Shown here in pieces: positions 1 to 9,558 of a DNA stretch of 64,000 nucleotides; within the stretch, counting starts at the first letter, position 1, and every line of letters starts with the position of its first letter. Under the pieces are notes generated by a model, which saw nothing but the letters and a program-made list of their open reading frames with translations, did not search any database and was not told where the DNA came from. This stretch comes from a virus. The position numbers and the translations under genes were made by a program. The stretch is from positions 1 through 64,000 of IMG/VR virus record IMGVR_UViG_3300017781_004450; one strand, 5' to 3'.

Positions 1-948
1 ACCGCCTGTATCTTTATAACTTAATGGAAAAGGATTATTATCTTTTCTCATTGCTATGTTATTAATAACATCAATTTTAGGACGTTGCTGTTTTACAACA
101 AGTTCTTGTACATTATCTTCTTTCTTTTCTTCATCATTAATAATTGCTAATAGTTCTTTTTCAGTTTCGTCTACTTCTTGCTGATCTGGTTCAAAACTTC
201 TAAGCATTTTTTCTAGTTCACGCTCGTCTTTGATACCTTTTAATTCTCTGTACAGTTTTGCACCACCATACAGTGCAACAGCAACACCTACTGCTGGAAG
301 TCCATATTTTGTTAATGATTTTACAACTGGGTGATCTAAGAATTTTTCAACCCAATTAAGAGCATCACCAACCCAGTCAATAGTTTTCCATGCGCCTACA
401 AAAAATGTTAAAGCCCATTTGTTGCTCCATAACCATTTAGCAATTTGCATTGAAGTCCTAAGGGTTCCAAGTGCAGGCGCTGCCCATGCAAATTCTTGTA
501 CATTATCTTCTTTAGTTTTTTTCTTTTTGTTTTTAGGAAACAGTTTTTTAACATTCATATACTCTCCGCCGACTGGAACGTCTGCGGTAGCATTTTGTTT
601 TGTTACAATACCAACACCTGCTGCTTCTTCGTTTTTGTTCTTGTTCTTTTCGTATTTTTCAATAGACTTCTTAGCTGACTTTATCATTGCTTTATCATGT
701 GCAGCTAGTTGGCGTTTTGTTTTTTCTCTTTGATCGTCAGCATACCCTTCGGATTTTTTCTTTGCAGGTAAACCTTTATGCTTTGTTTTAGCAAAGTCTT
801 TTACATCAGAAACTTTCATATCTTTAGCAACTTCGCCGGCTTCACCGCCTTTTTTCATGTCGCCCTTTTGCATAGCTCTTACTATACCAAAGAACTGTTG
901 TTGCTTTTTGCTTACTGCTTTTTCAGATACAAATTCAAATGATCTCAT
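1..948 (-). CDS. Probable head-packaged/internal virion protein with DUF3008-like motif (3' end runs off window)
   Basis: Not in the ORF track. ATG at 948 overlaps the TGA of the upstream gene (ATGA). Reads MRSFEFVSEKAVSKKQQQFFGIVRAMQKG...DFAKTKHKGLPAKKK, a motif typical of large-phage internal proteins. Confidence 0.6.
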   Translation of the reverse strand, partial: MRSFEFVSEKAVSKKQQQFFGIVRAMQKGDMKKGGEAGEVAKDMKVSDVKDFAKTKHKGLPAKKKSEGYADDQREKTKRQLAAHDKAMIKSAKKSIEKYEKNKNKNEEAAGVGIVTKQNATADVPVGGEYMNVKKLFPKNKKKKTKEDNVQEFAWAAPALGTLRTSMQIAKWLWSNKWALTFFVGAWKTIDWVGDALNWVEKFLDHPVVKSLTKYGLPAVGVAVALYGGAKLYRELKGIKDERELEKMLRSFEPDQQEVDETEKELLAIINDEEKKEDNVQELVVKQQRPKIDVINNIAMRKDNNPFPLSYKDTGG

Positions 949-1145
949 ATCGGTTTCTCACCTGTAAACTTAGGTAATGAAAACCATAACTTAAACCATT
1001 CAGGGGTGCCTGGTTCAATCTTATGCTTTTTCATTAGTTCTCCCTTCTCATTACCGCTAATACTAATATTGCTGCCTTCCCAAGGAGTGTATCCTTTGAA
1101 TTCATTTATACCGGCAAGTCTAACAATATCGTCTAGTTCAGTCAT
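945..1145 (-). CDS. Conserved phage hypothetical protein (I.PGT.EWF.LWF motif)
   Basis: 66 aa ORF, translationally coupled on both sides; begins MTELDDIVRLAGINE. Confidence 0.6.
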   Translation of the reverse strand: MTELDDIVRLAGINEFKGYTPWEGSNISISGNEKGELMKKHKIEPGTPEWFKLWFSLPKFTGEKPI

Positions 1146-1654
1146 TACATCTTAACGCAGTTGTCTACAGTCTTGCCACCTTTTTTCTTAGTACCCATAC
1201 GCTTGTAGCCTTTCCAACATACCTTGCCGTCAACACCTTTTTGCTTTGCTTCATTGACACTTTCGTACTGTTGTCTAATGCTTTCCGGCATCATTACAAA
1301 TCTTGGTTTAGCACACTCTGGACATATTGATTCATCTTTCTCTTCATGTCCTGGCTTATCCATATCTGGGTTATCAGGTGGATTTTTAACTTTATCTAAA
1401 ACGTCTTTTTGACTCTCTGCCCATTTCATTAACTTCATTATTTTTTCTTGTGGCAGTTTACAACGTTTAACTAGTTCGTCAATATTACGAGCACCACCTG
1501 GTGCACCATAACGTGTTAACTCGTCACCTACTCTTGAAAGCACTAATGACAATGCATCATCTTTAGTAGTGACAGCTTTGTCCATAAGGATCCTACCAAT
1601 TCTAGATAGTGTCGCTCCTTGTGGATGATCATATGCTGATTCTTTATTCATCAT
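1145..1654 (-). CDS. Probable internal virion protein with C-terminal CWKGY..GTKKK.GK.V.NCV motif
   Basis: Start moved to ATG 1654/1651, behind GGGG and overlapping the upstream stop. The C-terminal motif is recurrent in T4-like phage proteins. Confidence 0.55.
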   Translation of the reverse strand: MMNKESAYDHPQGATLSRIGRILMDKAVTTKDDALSLVLSRVGDELTRYGAPGGARNIDELVKRCKLPQEKIMKLMKWAESQKDVLDKVKNPPDNPDMDKPGHEEKDESICPECAKPRFVMMPESIRQQYESVNEAKQKGVDGKVCWKGYKRMGTKKKGGKTVDNCVKM

Positions 1655-2264
1655 TTTCCCCTGTGTTATCATTGATCCCCATACCTTTTCTAACCGCAGC
1701 ATATAATTCATCTGCGTGTTCGCCTGCACCGGTATGTTGTGCAAATTTGTTTATATCTCCATTAGCAGCATCAGCTCTTGCCATTGTACCACTAATACCT
1801 TCAACACCATCGGAACCGTCTTCACGTTGCCCACTGGAGTTAAAATTCATTGTTTCGAATTTATAGTAACCGTGTCCTTTACCTTCGACACCATTATAAT
1901 CTTTTATAAGTTTTGACATCATGTCAAGTCTATCACTACCTGCAACAAACGTTATATGGTTAAAGCCTCTTTCATGTAGTGAAGTACAAATCTTAGGTAG
2001 TGTATTCATGTCTGTATTTTCTACAACATTGTTTGCAAACTCAGGATGTATATTTCTAATGAAACTTACTTTGGTTGAATAATCTAAAGGATTCTTCTTT
2101 GCGTCTTGTGTTTGACTAGTGTATATTTCCATTTCGCCACCAGTCTTTTGCATTGCCTTAAAAACTTGTTTATGACCTAGCGTTGGTGGATTGAACCTAC
2201 CAAAGCAAAATGTCATATGCTTATCACCGTCGTCTTCAGTTAAAAATATTTCGTTAATTCTCAT
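1644..2264 (-). CDS. Cytidyltransferase-like (HIGH-family) nucleotidyltransferase
   Basis: FGRFNPPTLGH, KNPL, VAGSDR and ISGT..R motifs of the T4-like phage cytidyltransferase family. Confidence 0.8.
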   Translation of the reverse strand: MRINEIFLTEDDGDKHMTFCFGRFNPPTLGHKQVFKAMQKTGGEMEIYTSQTQDAKKNPLDYSTKVSFIRNIHPEFANNVVENTDMNTLPKICTSLHERGFNHITFVAGSDRLDMMSKLIKDYNGVEGKGHGYYKFETMNFNSSGQREDGSDGVEGISGTMARADAANGDINKFAQHTGAGEHADELYAAVRKGMGINDNTGENDE

Positions 2265-2592
2265 AGTCGCCGTTCTCTAAATGCATCTCTTGTTCTTTGG
2301 CAATTTGTCTTGCTAACGAAATCATATTTCCTCTAGAAAACTTTTCTTCTGGCTTTTGAACATCAAACTTTTTACAATACATATCACAACAACTTTCTAC
2401 AGGCTTAATATAAAGTTTATAAGCATCTGGGTGACCTCTGTATTTTTCGTGTTTCTTTATTGCTGGAAACATCACATTAGACATCACTTCATTATCATTA
2501 TCGATAAAGACTTTTAAATCGTCATGCCAGTTGATATCATTCTCTTGATCATTTGGTGCACCAACAGGAGAGAAAAGTTCTTTTAATAACAT
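2254..2592 (-). CDS. Hypothetical phage protein
   Basis: Likely start ATG 2592 (MLLKELFS), just after the upstream stop; the longer track start overlaps the neighbouring gene. Confidence 0.6.
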   Translation of the reverse strand: MLLKELFSPVGAPNDQENDINWHDDLKVFIDNDNEVMSNVMFPAIKKHEKYRGHPDAYKLYIKPVESCCDMYCKKFDVQKPEEKFSRGNMISLARQIAKEQEMHLENGDYEN

Positions 2593-2593
2593 A

Positions 2594-2980
2594 TTACCAT
2601 TTCCTACATGACCAGTAACGTGCTTTAGTACGTGGTCCTGGGTTTGAACAATTATGTCTAGCACGGAAACTTTTACGTCTCTTTGGGTTAGACTTCTTAA
2701 TACGCATATTAGGATCACCAAAATTTACTTTCTTAATGTTTTTAGTTTTGGGATCTCTTACATACACTTTAAACTTTTTGACATCACCTCTAGTTGGCTT
2801 GCCAAGTGAAACTTTACGCCCTTGATATTCTGCTTCTTCTACAGGAACATCTTCGTGCCACGGCAGATAGCCGTAGTACTCAAAGAACTCTTCACCATTA
2901 AAGGTTTGCTCTTCAAGATCAGACATCTCTGTTACAGTTTCATTTTCAATTGATTCTAATAATTTCAATAGATCGCGCAT
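2594..2980 (-). CDS. Conserved basic phage protein (KVNFGD...RRKSFRARHNC...ARYWSC)
   Basis: Recognisable T4-like/cyanophage conserved C-terminal domain; GAGG RBS and TAAATA box (3010-3015) upstream. Confidence 0.7.
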   Translation of the reverse strand: MRDLLKLLESIENETVTEMSDLEEQTFNGEEFFEYYGYLPWHEDVPVEEAEYQGRKVSLGKPTRGDVKKFKVYVRDPKTKNIKKVNFGDPNMRIKKSNPKRRKSFRARHNCSNPGPRTKARYWSCRKW

Positions 2981-3031
2981 AGTATACCTCTCTTTACAAG
3001 ATTATACTGTATTTAGCGTTATTAATCAAAC

Positions 3032-3388
3032 TTAGTAGTTATAAAGGACCTGGACTATTTGTCCGTCTTGAACGTTATGACCCACTCTTAGCCATATAAA
3101 TTTGCCTGTAAACGTCTGTGTACCTATGTAATCTTCTATTCCTTGGCCGTAATAAGCACTATCACCACCCCATTCTATTACATCTACCCAGTCATTTTCA
3201 CCTGGCTCTTCTTCTAGTGTGCCTTGCACTTTAATAGCACCCTGAAAGGCATTGACATAGTACGCAACCGTATGCACACCGTCATTGTTTTTATGATATC
3301 CTGCACCCTTCTTCTTGCTGCCATATGTATAGGCTGAATCGGATACAATTGAAGTTACAGGACCTAATAGTTGTCTACTCTCGCTCAT
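3032..3388 (-). CDS. Hypothetical beta-rich, probably structural protein
   Basis: 118 aa ORF; TAAATA (3394-3399) lies 5 nt before the ATG. Confidence 0.55.
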   Translation of the reverse strand: MSESRQLLGPVTSIVSDSAYTYGSKKKGAGYHKNNDGVHTVAYYVNAFQGAIKVQGTLEEEPGENDWVDVIEWGGDSAYYGQGIEDYIGTQTFTGKFIWLRVGHNVQDGQIVQVLYNY

Positions 3389-3392
3389 ACTA

Positions 3393-4100
3393 CTATTTAC
3401 CTGTTTTTATATATTTACGCACAGTGCCTAAGAGGTCGTTACAGCGCAATCTAAGCATCAGTAGTGTACTTTCCGTATCAACGTATATCCAACGTCTAGT
3501 GTTGTATACATCGCGTTTAAGAAGCCAGTTATACGTAGCATCGGTAAATGCAATAGCAGGCTTCCTTGACTTACACCATTCTGCTAAACTTACAAGTTCA
3601 TTATACTTTAACGATGTAGGAGTTTTAAGATCTACTTGATAATTGTACATGCTGTGTGGTAATTCTTTTACAAATATTTCTTGATTGCTATCAAGCAAAG
3701 TGTCTTTCATACCAGGAGCAGGCTCGTGCCTGTTTCTAGTTATATCCGAAAACTCATAACAAAGTGTTTTGTAGAGTGTTTTGTTATTTGTATACACGTC
3801 TAGTATATTTGTTTCAATTCGAATAGTTGCTTCATTCTTTGGTACTGTATTAATAATACCTAAAAAAGATATCCATGTTTTCCCATGCTTTAATATTGAA
3901 TGAGCATTCTTTGTTCGCCAAGATTGGGTAGTAAACATAGCATCATCTGACTGTGGAGGTGGTCGTAAACCAGTCGCAAAGTCCAAGATCTCTTGATGTC
4001 CTAGTGTACGTAAAGCATACGCACCTTCTAATCGTAAGCTAACCTTGTAGATATACTTGTTATAAAACTTCTTTTTAGTTTGTTTTGCTGTCTTAAGCAT
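3393..4100 (-). CDS. Hypothetical protein
   Basis: 235 aa ORF overlapping the clpA stop. Confidence 0.6.
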   Translation of the reverse strand: MLKTAKQTKKKFYNKYIYKVSLRLEGAYALRTLGHQEILDFATGLRPPPQSDDAMFTTQSWRTKNAHSILKHGKTWISFLGIINTVPKNEATIRIETNILDVYTNNKTLYKTLCYEFSDITRNRHEPAPGMKDTLLDSNQEIFVKELPHSMYNYQVDLKTPTSLKYNELVSLAEWCKSRKPAIAFTDATYNWLLKRDVYNTRRWIYVDTESTLLMLRLRCNDLLGTVRKYIKTGK

Positions 4101-6417
4101 CTTTACCAGCCTTGGCGGCTAGCTTTTGTGCCTTCTTCTCTTCTTTAGTTAGAGGCTTAGGCATAGGTGTAACTGTAAATGCAGGTTCGTTATTTTCAAT
4201 GTGAACAGCAACTTTACCACCGTCAACTAAATCTCCAAACAATACTCTTCTACTTAAAGGTGTCTTTATAGTTTTGTCAATCAGTCTGCTTAATGGTCTT
4301 GCACCCATCTTAGGATTGTAACCTTTTTTGGTTAACCAGTTAATAGCGTCTTCATCAAGTTTAATTGCAATGTGTTTTTCTTTTAACTGTGTATTCAATT
4401 CACCAATAAACTTATGAACAATACTCTTAACATTGCTAGTAGATAATTTAGCAAATTTAATTGTGCCGTCTAATCTATTTCTAAATTCAGGAGCAAAGTA
4501 TTTTTTAACTGCTTTATCATCTTCAGAATCTTTTTCATTATCAGCAAAGCCAATTAATTTAGATTCGTTATCAGCAGCACCTAAGTTACTTGTCATAATA
4601 AGAATAGTGTTACGGCCATCTGCACGTTTGCCATTTGACCCTGTAACAAAACCGTTATCCATAAACTGTAACAAAATATTTGATACATCTTTATGTGCTT
4701 TTTCAATTTCGTCTAGCAATAAAATAGCATTTGGTGTTTCTTGCAACTTGTTAATAAGTTGCCCAGCATCATCATCAAATCCTACATAACCTGGAGGTGC
4801 ACCAATCAATCTTGCAACACTGTGCTTCTCTTGATACTCACTCATATCAAAGCGTATCAATGTCATGCCCATTTTGTTTGCAAGTTGTTTTGCTGTTTCT
4901 GTCTTACCTGTACCAGTTGGACCTAAGAATAAAAAACTACCGATTGGCTTATCAGGATCTTTCATTCCACTTTGTGCAACAAAGATCTTATCAAGAATAG
5001 TATCAACTGCTTTGTCTTGGCCAAACACTGCGTCTTTCATAGCAGTATCAAGTCCAGCAAGATTATTACTTTCTTTTTGTGATATAGTTTCAAGAGGCAT
5101 ACTAGTCATTTTAGCAAGTTCGTATGTTACTTGTTCAATATCAACAATCTGTACAACTTCTTCTGTTTCTTCAGTTTCGTTTAACTTGTATCTTGCTGAA
5201 GCACAGTCAAGAATATCAATTGCTTTATCTGGCAACTTCTTATCAGCCATATACTTAATAGATAAGTTTACTGCTTGTTGTATTGCTTCATTTGTAATTT
5301 TAACATTATGATGCTGTTCGTAGTACTTACGCAATCCTTTAAGGATTTTTACTGTAAGTTCTGGTGTTGGCTCGTCAATAGTTACACGTTGGAACCTACG
5401 CATTAATGCTCTATCTTTTTCAAAGTACTTTCTATACTCTTCCCAAGTAGTTGAAGCAATAACTTTCATGTTTCCTTTTGTAAGTGCAGGCTTTAACATG
5501 TTAGCAAGATCGTTTGATCCTTGACTTGCTGAACCAGCACCACTCATCATATGTGCTTCGTCAATGAATAATATAATTTTACCTTTACGCTCAAGTGCCA
5601 TTAGTACTGCTTTAATACGTTCTTCAAAGTCACCTCTGTACTTACTACCAGCAACTAAAGAACCAATATCTAAACTAAACACTAAATGATCTTGAATAAA
5701 CTTAGGTACTTTCTTTTCATGAATCTTACGTGCAAGTCCTTCAGCGATAGCAGTTTTACCAACACCTGGATCACCAACCATAAGTACGTTTGCTTTGCTA
5801 CGTCTTGCTAATACTAATTCAATCTTTTCAATTTCATCGTCACGACCAATAACAGGATCAATAACTCTTTGTTTTGCTTTCATAGACAAGTTAACACAGA
5901 ATTGATTAATAATTCTATCTAACTGATCTGGACTTAGATTGATTTCTTCGTCACCGCCAGGCCCATCATACATCTCTTCTCCGATGTGATGTGCTTGGAA
6001 ATGCTCTACAAACTTCTGCTTATCAATACCGCCCTTTGCTAAGAAGTAAAATGCAAAAGAATTTTTCTCGCTCATAACACTAATGATTACATCAGCAACT
6101 TCGATTTGGTTACGACCGCTAAACAAAACCTGTGTAAAGCATCTATTCAATACACGTTCAACTGATGCAGTTTTCTTAGGATTTATATTCTTATCCTTAG
6201 AAACTATATCACCTAAGTTATTTTTTAAGTAATGCTCTAAGTTCTTTTTAATAAAGTCAACGTCAGCACCAAATTCTTTAAGTCCGCCCGATGTATCTGG
6301 GTCAGCAAAAATTGAGTACACCAAATGCTCGATAGTAATATGCGTGTGCGTATGGTTTTGCGCAACTACTACAGAGGCATCAAAAATCTTTTGTAATTGT
6401 TTACTAGGTTCAATCAT
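4093..6417 (-). CDS. clpA: ATP-dependent Clp protease ATP-binding subunit ClpA
   Basis: Clp N-domain; two AAA+ modules (GDPGVGKT, GPTGTGKT; IDEAH, LDEIEK); RFDMSEY; IGF ClpP-docking loop; PEFRNRLD; MGARPL. Confidence 0.92.
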   Translation of the reverse strand: MIEPSKQLQKIFDASVVVAQNHTHTHITIEHLVYSIFADPDTSGGLKEFGADVDFIKKNLEHYLKNNLGDIVSKDKNINPKKTASVERVLNRCFTQVLFSGRNQIEVADVIISVMSEKNSFAFYFLAKGGIDKQKFVEHFQAHHIGEEMYDGPGGDEEINLSPDQLDRIINQFCVNLSMKAKQRVIDPVIGRDDEIEKIELVLARRSKANVLMVGDPGVGKTAIAEGLARKIHEKKVPKFIQDHLVFSLDIGSLVAGSKYRGDFEERIKAVLMALERKGKIILFIDEAHMMSGAGSASQGSNDLANMLKPALTKGNMKVIASTTWEEYRKYFEKDRALMRRFQRVTIDEPTPELTVKILKGLRKYYEQHHNVKITNEAIQQAVNLSIKYMADKKLPDKAIDILDCASARYKLNETEETEEVVQIVDIEQVTYELAKMTSMPLETISQKESNNLAGLDTAMKDAVFGQDKAVDTILDKIFVAQSGMKDPDKPIGSFLFLGPTGTGKTETAKQLANKMGMTLIRFDMSEYQEKHSVARLIGAPPGYVGFDDDAGQLINKLQETPNAILLLDEIEKAHKDVSNILLQFMDNGFVTGSNGKRADGRNTILIMTSNLGAADNESKLIGFADNEKDSEDDKAVKKYFAPEFRNRLDGTIKFAKLSTSNVKSIVHKFIGELNTQLKEKHIAIKLDEDAINWLTKKGYNPKMGARPLSRLIDKTIKTPLSRRVLFGDLVDGGKVAVHIENNEPAFTVTPMPKPLTKEEKKAQKLAAKAGKDA

Positions 6418-6936
6418 TTATTTTTGTCTCTTTTTTAATTTCTTCATAGCTAATTGTAACTTCAACCGACTCACTTTGTCAACAAAACAAATGCCATTTA
6501 GGTGATCTAATTCATGCTGAAAGCATTTAGCAAGATACCCTTCAACTTTTGCTTCTTTCGTTTCGCCTTTTGAGTTTTGATATTGTGCAACTATCATCTT
6601 AGGTCTTTGCAAATGTAACCATAAACCCGGAAAGCTCAAACAGCCTTCTTTATCTAACACTTGTTCTTCACTTGCTTCTAAAATGACAGGATTAAAAACA
6701 CAGAACGGTTCTGGAAAACCTGGTACGTTTTTTGATCCTATAGCAAACACTCTCTTTTTAATATTTAACTGGTTAGCAGCAAGACCAATGCCGTTGTGAT
6801 TTAGCATAAAGTTACACATATCAAACTCTAATTTTTCTGGGTCTAACTCTTCTTTATCAAAATCCCATACTTCACTAGATTCATTTAGTGCTTTGTGTAA
6901 GCCTAACTTATAATCTAAATCTAATTTATAGTCCAT
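6418..6936 (-). CDS. def: Peptide deformylase
   Basis: GIGLAANQ, EGCLS and QHELDHL motifs. Confidence 0.95.
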   Translation of the reverse strand: MDYKLDLDYKLGLHKALNESSEVWDFDKEELDPEKLEFDMCNFMLNHNGIGLAANQLNIKKRVFAIGSKNVPGFPEPFCVFNPVILEASEEQVLDKEGCLSFPGLWLHLQRPKMIVAQYQNSKGETKEAKVEGYLAKCFQHELDHLNGICFVDKVSRLKLQLAMKKLKKRQK

Positions 6937-7735
6937 GTTTTATTTCCATAATCTTTTTACGTTGTTCGTCTGTGTATTCTCTTGGCATTAGTGCTTTAAT
7001 TCTTACTAACAAGTTTCCTTTCTTCTTTGTTCTTATATTTGGCAAGCCTTCACCGTTACAACTTAGTGTAGTATCGGGTGGTGTGCCTGCTGGTACGTTT
7101 AATTTAATTTGTTTGCCTGAAAGAGTTGTAACGACTGCGTGTGTGCCTAACATTAAATCCCATATAAGGATTTTTTCTTCACATAGTATATTATCTCCGT
7201 AGCGTTGGAACCTGGGGTGATTGCGAACACGGATATGTACCATTAGGTCACCTGGTGGAACGTTTTGGACAGAATTATCTCCCATACCAGCATACCTTAC
7301 AGTTTGACCTTCTTCAACTCCTGCCGGAACATTAATATCGATCAGTTTAGTTCTGCCTGTAGGAAGTTGTACTTCCATAGCAATTTGTTTACCGTTGTAA
7401 ACATCTTCCATTGTTACATCAAGAGCAAGATCAATTTGTCTGTTCTGTGGTCTACGTTGCCCCATGTTAAAACCAAAGTTTCTAAATAGGTCTTCAAACC
7501 CGTTAGGATTCATTCCTTCAAACCCACCTGGACCGAATCCTTGTGGTTGAGGGTTATCATACTGCTGTCTTTTTTGCGGGTCTTTTAGAGTTGAATATGC
7601 TTCGTTGATTTGCTTAAACTTTTCTTCGTTACCACCCCTGTCAGGATGATGTTGCATACTTGCTTTCTTGTATGCTGATTTAAGTTCCTTGTCCGAAGCA
7701 TCTCTATTGACACCTAGTATAGAATAGTAGTCCAT
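6926..7735 (-). CDS. dnaJ: DnaJ-class (type II, CbpA-like) co-chaperone
   Basis: J-domain with HPD, G/F-rich region and C-terminal domain; no zinc finger. Confidence 0.9.
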   Translation of the reverse strand: MDYYSILGVNRDASDKELKSAYKKASMQHHPDRGGNEEKFKQINEAYSTLKDPQKRQQYDNPQPQGFGPGGFEGMNPNGFEDLFRNFGFNMGQRRPQNRQIDLALDVTMEDVYNGKQIAMEVQLPTGRTKLIDINVPAGVEEGQTVRYAGMGDNSVQNVPPGDLMVHIRVRNHPRFQRYGDNILCEEKILIWDLMLGTHAVVTTLSGKQIKLNVPAGTPPDTTLSCNGEGLPNIRTKKKGNLLVRIKALMPREYTDEQRKKIMEIKHGL

Positions 7736-7764
7736 ACTAGTACTTATTTGTAATGCTTAGTAGG

Positions 7765-8073
7765 CTACTTCTTACTGGTTCCAGCGTATAAACCAAACCA
7801 TGCAGCACCAGCACCAACTACAACTGAAACAAGTCCTGACTGTTCCATAGTAGCAGCCGTTCCTAATCCCATGTACCAATGTACAACCTGATATAACAAA
7901 ACAATATACACTGTAATAAACAGTCTTGGAAATATTCTCCAACTGTCTACAGCTTTTGCAAGGTCAATCCAAGTTTGATATTTGTTCTTAGAACTATCAA
8001 CAACATTGGTATCTACTTCAAGTTCAATGTTTACTTTTTTAGTTTGAGTTTCACTCATCTTCTCATCACTCAT
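7765..8073 (-). CDS. Two-TM membrane protein, holin-like candidate
   Basis: WRIFPRLF plus two hydrophobic segments; downstream of the lysis genes. Confidence 0.5.
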   Translation of the reverse strand: MSDEKMSETQTKKVNIELEVDTNVVDSSKNKYQTWIDLAKAVDSWRIFPRLFITVYIVLLYQVVHWYMGLGTAATMEQSGLVSVVVGAGAAWFGLYAGTSKK

Positions 8074-8090
8074 TTTCTTATCGCTCCTGT

Positions 8091-8288
8091 TTATTTACTT
8101 CCGATATATCCTGCTATAATACCGATCAATCCTGTAAGTGCCATTTTCATAAGAGTAATAACACTTTCGTCTACTGGTCTATTTTCTTGTAACGCTACAT
8201 AGTAGTCGCCAATAATGATTACACCTAATAGTGATAGTACTCCTATTACAAGCATCATTATAATTAAGTCTTTAAGATTCTTAATCAT
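8091..8288 (-). CDS. Small two-TM membrane protein
   Basis: 65 aa, two hydrophobic helices. Confidence 0.55.
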   Translation of the reverse strand: MIKNLKDLIIMMLVIGVLSLLGVIIIGDYYVALQENRPVDESVITLMKMALTGLIGIIAGYIGSK

Positions 8289-8569
8289 TTCTTTTTACCT
8301 TCCAGCTTTGCTAGTCTATTTTCTAACTCGTCGATTTTTGATGTGATCTTAGGATACTTAACACGCCAAGCATCTGGATCATCTTGTAACCAAGTCCAAC
8401 CCCAACGTACTGCTAGATAAGCAAGAAAGTTATCAAACTTTGCTACTGCCCATGTTGCCATTTTTGTGTCTTTAAACCAAAACAAGAATGCTGCGCCAAG
8501 TAGAGAACCTGCGATTGCTGTGTAAATCCACAAGCGATCAGTCGCCATTCTTTCTATCATTTCCCACAT
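8285..8569 (-). CDS. Membrane protein with C-terminal coiled coil
   Basis: One TM segment; AGGAG RBS; TAAATA at 8595-8600. Confidence 0.55.
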   Translation of the reverse strand: MWEMIERMATDRLWIYTAIAGSLLGAAFLFWFKDTKMATWAVAKFDNFLAYLAVRWGWTWLQDDPDAWRVKYPKITSKIDELENRLAKLEGKKK

Positions 8570-8601
8570 ATTCGCTCCTAGTTAATTATAGTAGTATTTA
8601 T

Positions 8602-8763
8602 TTAAAATGCACAATTAACTTCAGCTTTGGGCTTGACGTTAGGTAGTTGTTTGGTATTTGTTGATTCGATGCTTACATCTACGCCAGGTTTAAGTTTACA
8701 GCGTAGTTGTTGACAGGAGGCAAGCATAACTAAACATGCTATTATGATCGCCCTTGTTAGCAC
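8602..8763 (-). CDS. Small lipoprotein (not in ORF track)
   Basis: GTG start overlapping the o-spanin stop. MLTRAIIIACLVMLASCQQLRCKLKPG...NCAF, 53 aa, with signal peptide and LASC lipobox. Confidence 0.55.
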   Translation of the reverse strand: MLTRAIIIACLVMLASCQQLRCKLKPGVDVSIESTNTKQLPNVKPKAEVNCAF

Positions 8764-9143
8764 TATTTTTCTTCGGCAGTTTCGCTTTCGTAGTACTCTT
8801 TATAAGCATCAATGATTTTGTTTTGCTTGATCATGTATGCACGGATTTGTGCATAATTTTTTCTGAAGTTTTCGTAATCTTCGTCTGTTAATCCTATGAT
8901 AACAGGATCAATGTTATTCTTTTCTAAGTCTGTAAATACTTGTTCTGCGTTTTCGCGATTAATTATGATCCAGCGAACTTGTTCTAGTGCTGCTGGTTCA
9001 GGTAAAGGTAAGTTTAATGGTCTGCGTTCAACTTCTGTTTTAAAAACTTCTAACGGCTTAATCGTACTACAACTAGTAAGTAACGTAGTTAGGATTAGCA
9101 AGTTCAGGACAAACAGAATTGACCTTTGACTTCTTTGTAGCAT
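8763..9143 (-). CDS. Outer-membrane spanin (o-spanin, Rz1-like) lipoprotein
   Basis: Signal peptide with LTSC lipobox, Pro-rich segment; overlaps the 3' end of the i-spanin. Confidence 0.65.
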   Translation of the reverse strand: MLQRSQRSILFVLNLLILTTLLTSCSTIKPLEVFKTEVERRPLNLPLPEPAALEQVRWIIINRENAEQVFTDLEKNNIDPVIIGLTDEDYENFRKNYAQIRAYMIKQNKIIDAYKEYYESETAEEK

Positions 9144-9558
9144 TTAACTCCTCTTCAGTTAACGGAGAACCGCCTATAATTTCAAAGCAACGTCTCTCGT
9201 GAACTTCATCTTTATTTAAAATTCTTTCAATGGACTTTGGTCTAGTTACTGATAAAGCCCCAATATCTCTCTTATCACCTGCTGCATTTAGTTTATTAAA
9301 TTTTTCATTTAGGTTTCTATTTGCAGTTTCTAGTACTCTATTTAAGTCCTCAAGGTCATTTCGGACTTTAATAATGGCTTCAAAATCTTTTTTCTGCTGT
9401 TCAATTACAGCCTTTTGCTCATTGATGCCATCTTCTAGTTTAACAATGTTTGCTTTTGCTGTGTCAAGATCTTTTTGTAATGCTTTCACATACATAAATC
9501 CGCCACCTGCCGCAGCAAGTACAACTAGAATCATTGCTATTCTAATACTACTGAACAA
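9073..9558 (-). CDS. Inner-membrane spanin (i-spanin, Rz-like)
   Basis: N-terminal TM helix followed by a long coiled coil; adjacent to endolysin and lipoprotein genes. Confidence 0.65.
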   Translation of the reverse strand: MFSSIRIAMILVVLAAAGGGFMYVKALQKDLDTAKANIVKLEDGINEQKAVIEQQKKDFEAIIKVRNDLEDLNRVLETANRNLNEKFNKLNAAGDKRDIGALSVTRPKSIERILNKDEVHERRCFEIIGGSPLTEEELNATKKSKVNSVCPELANPNYVTY

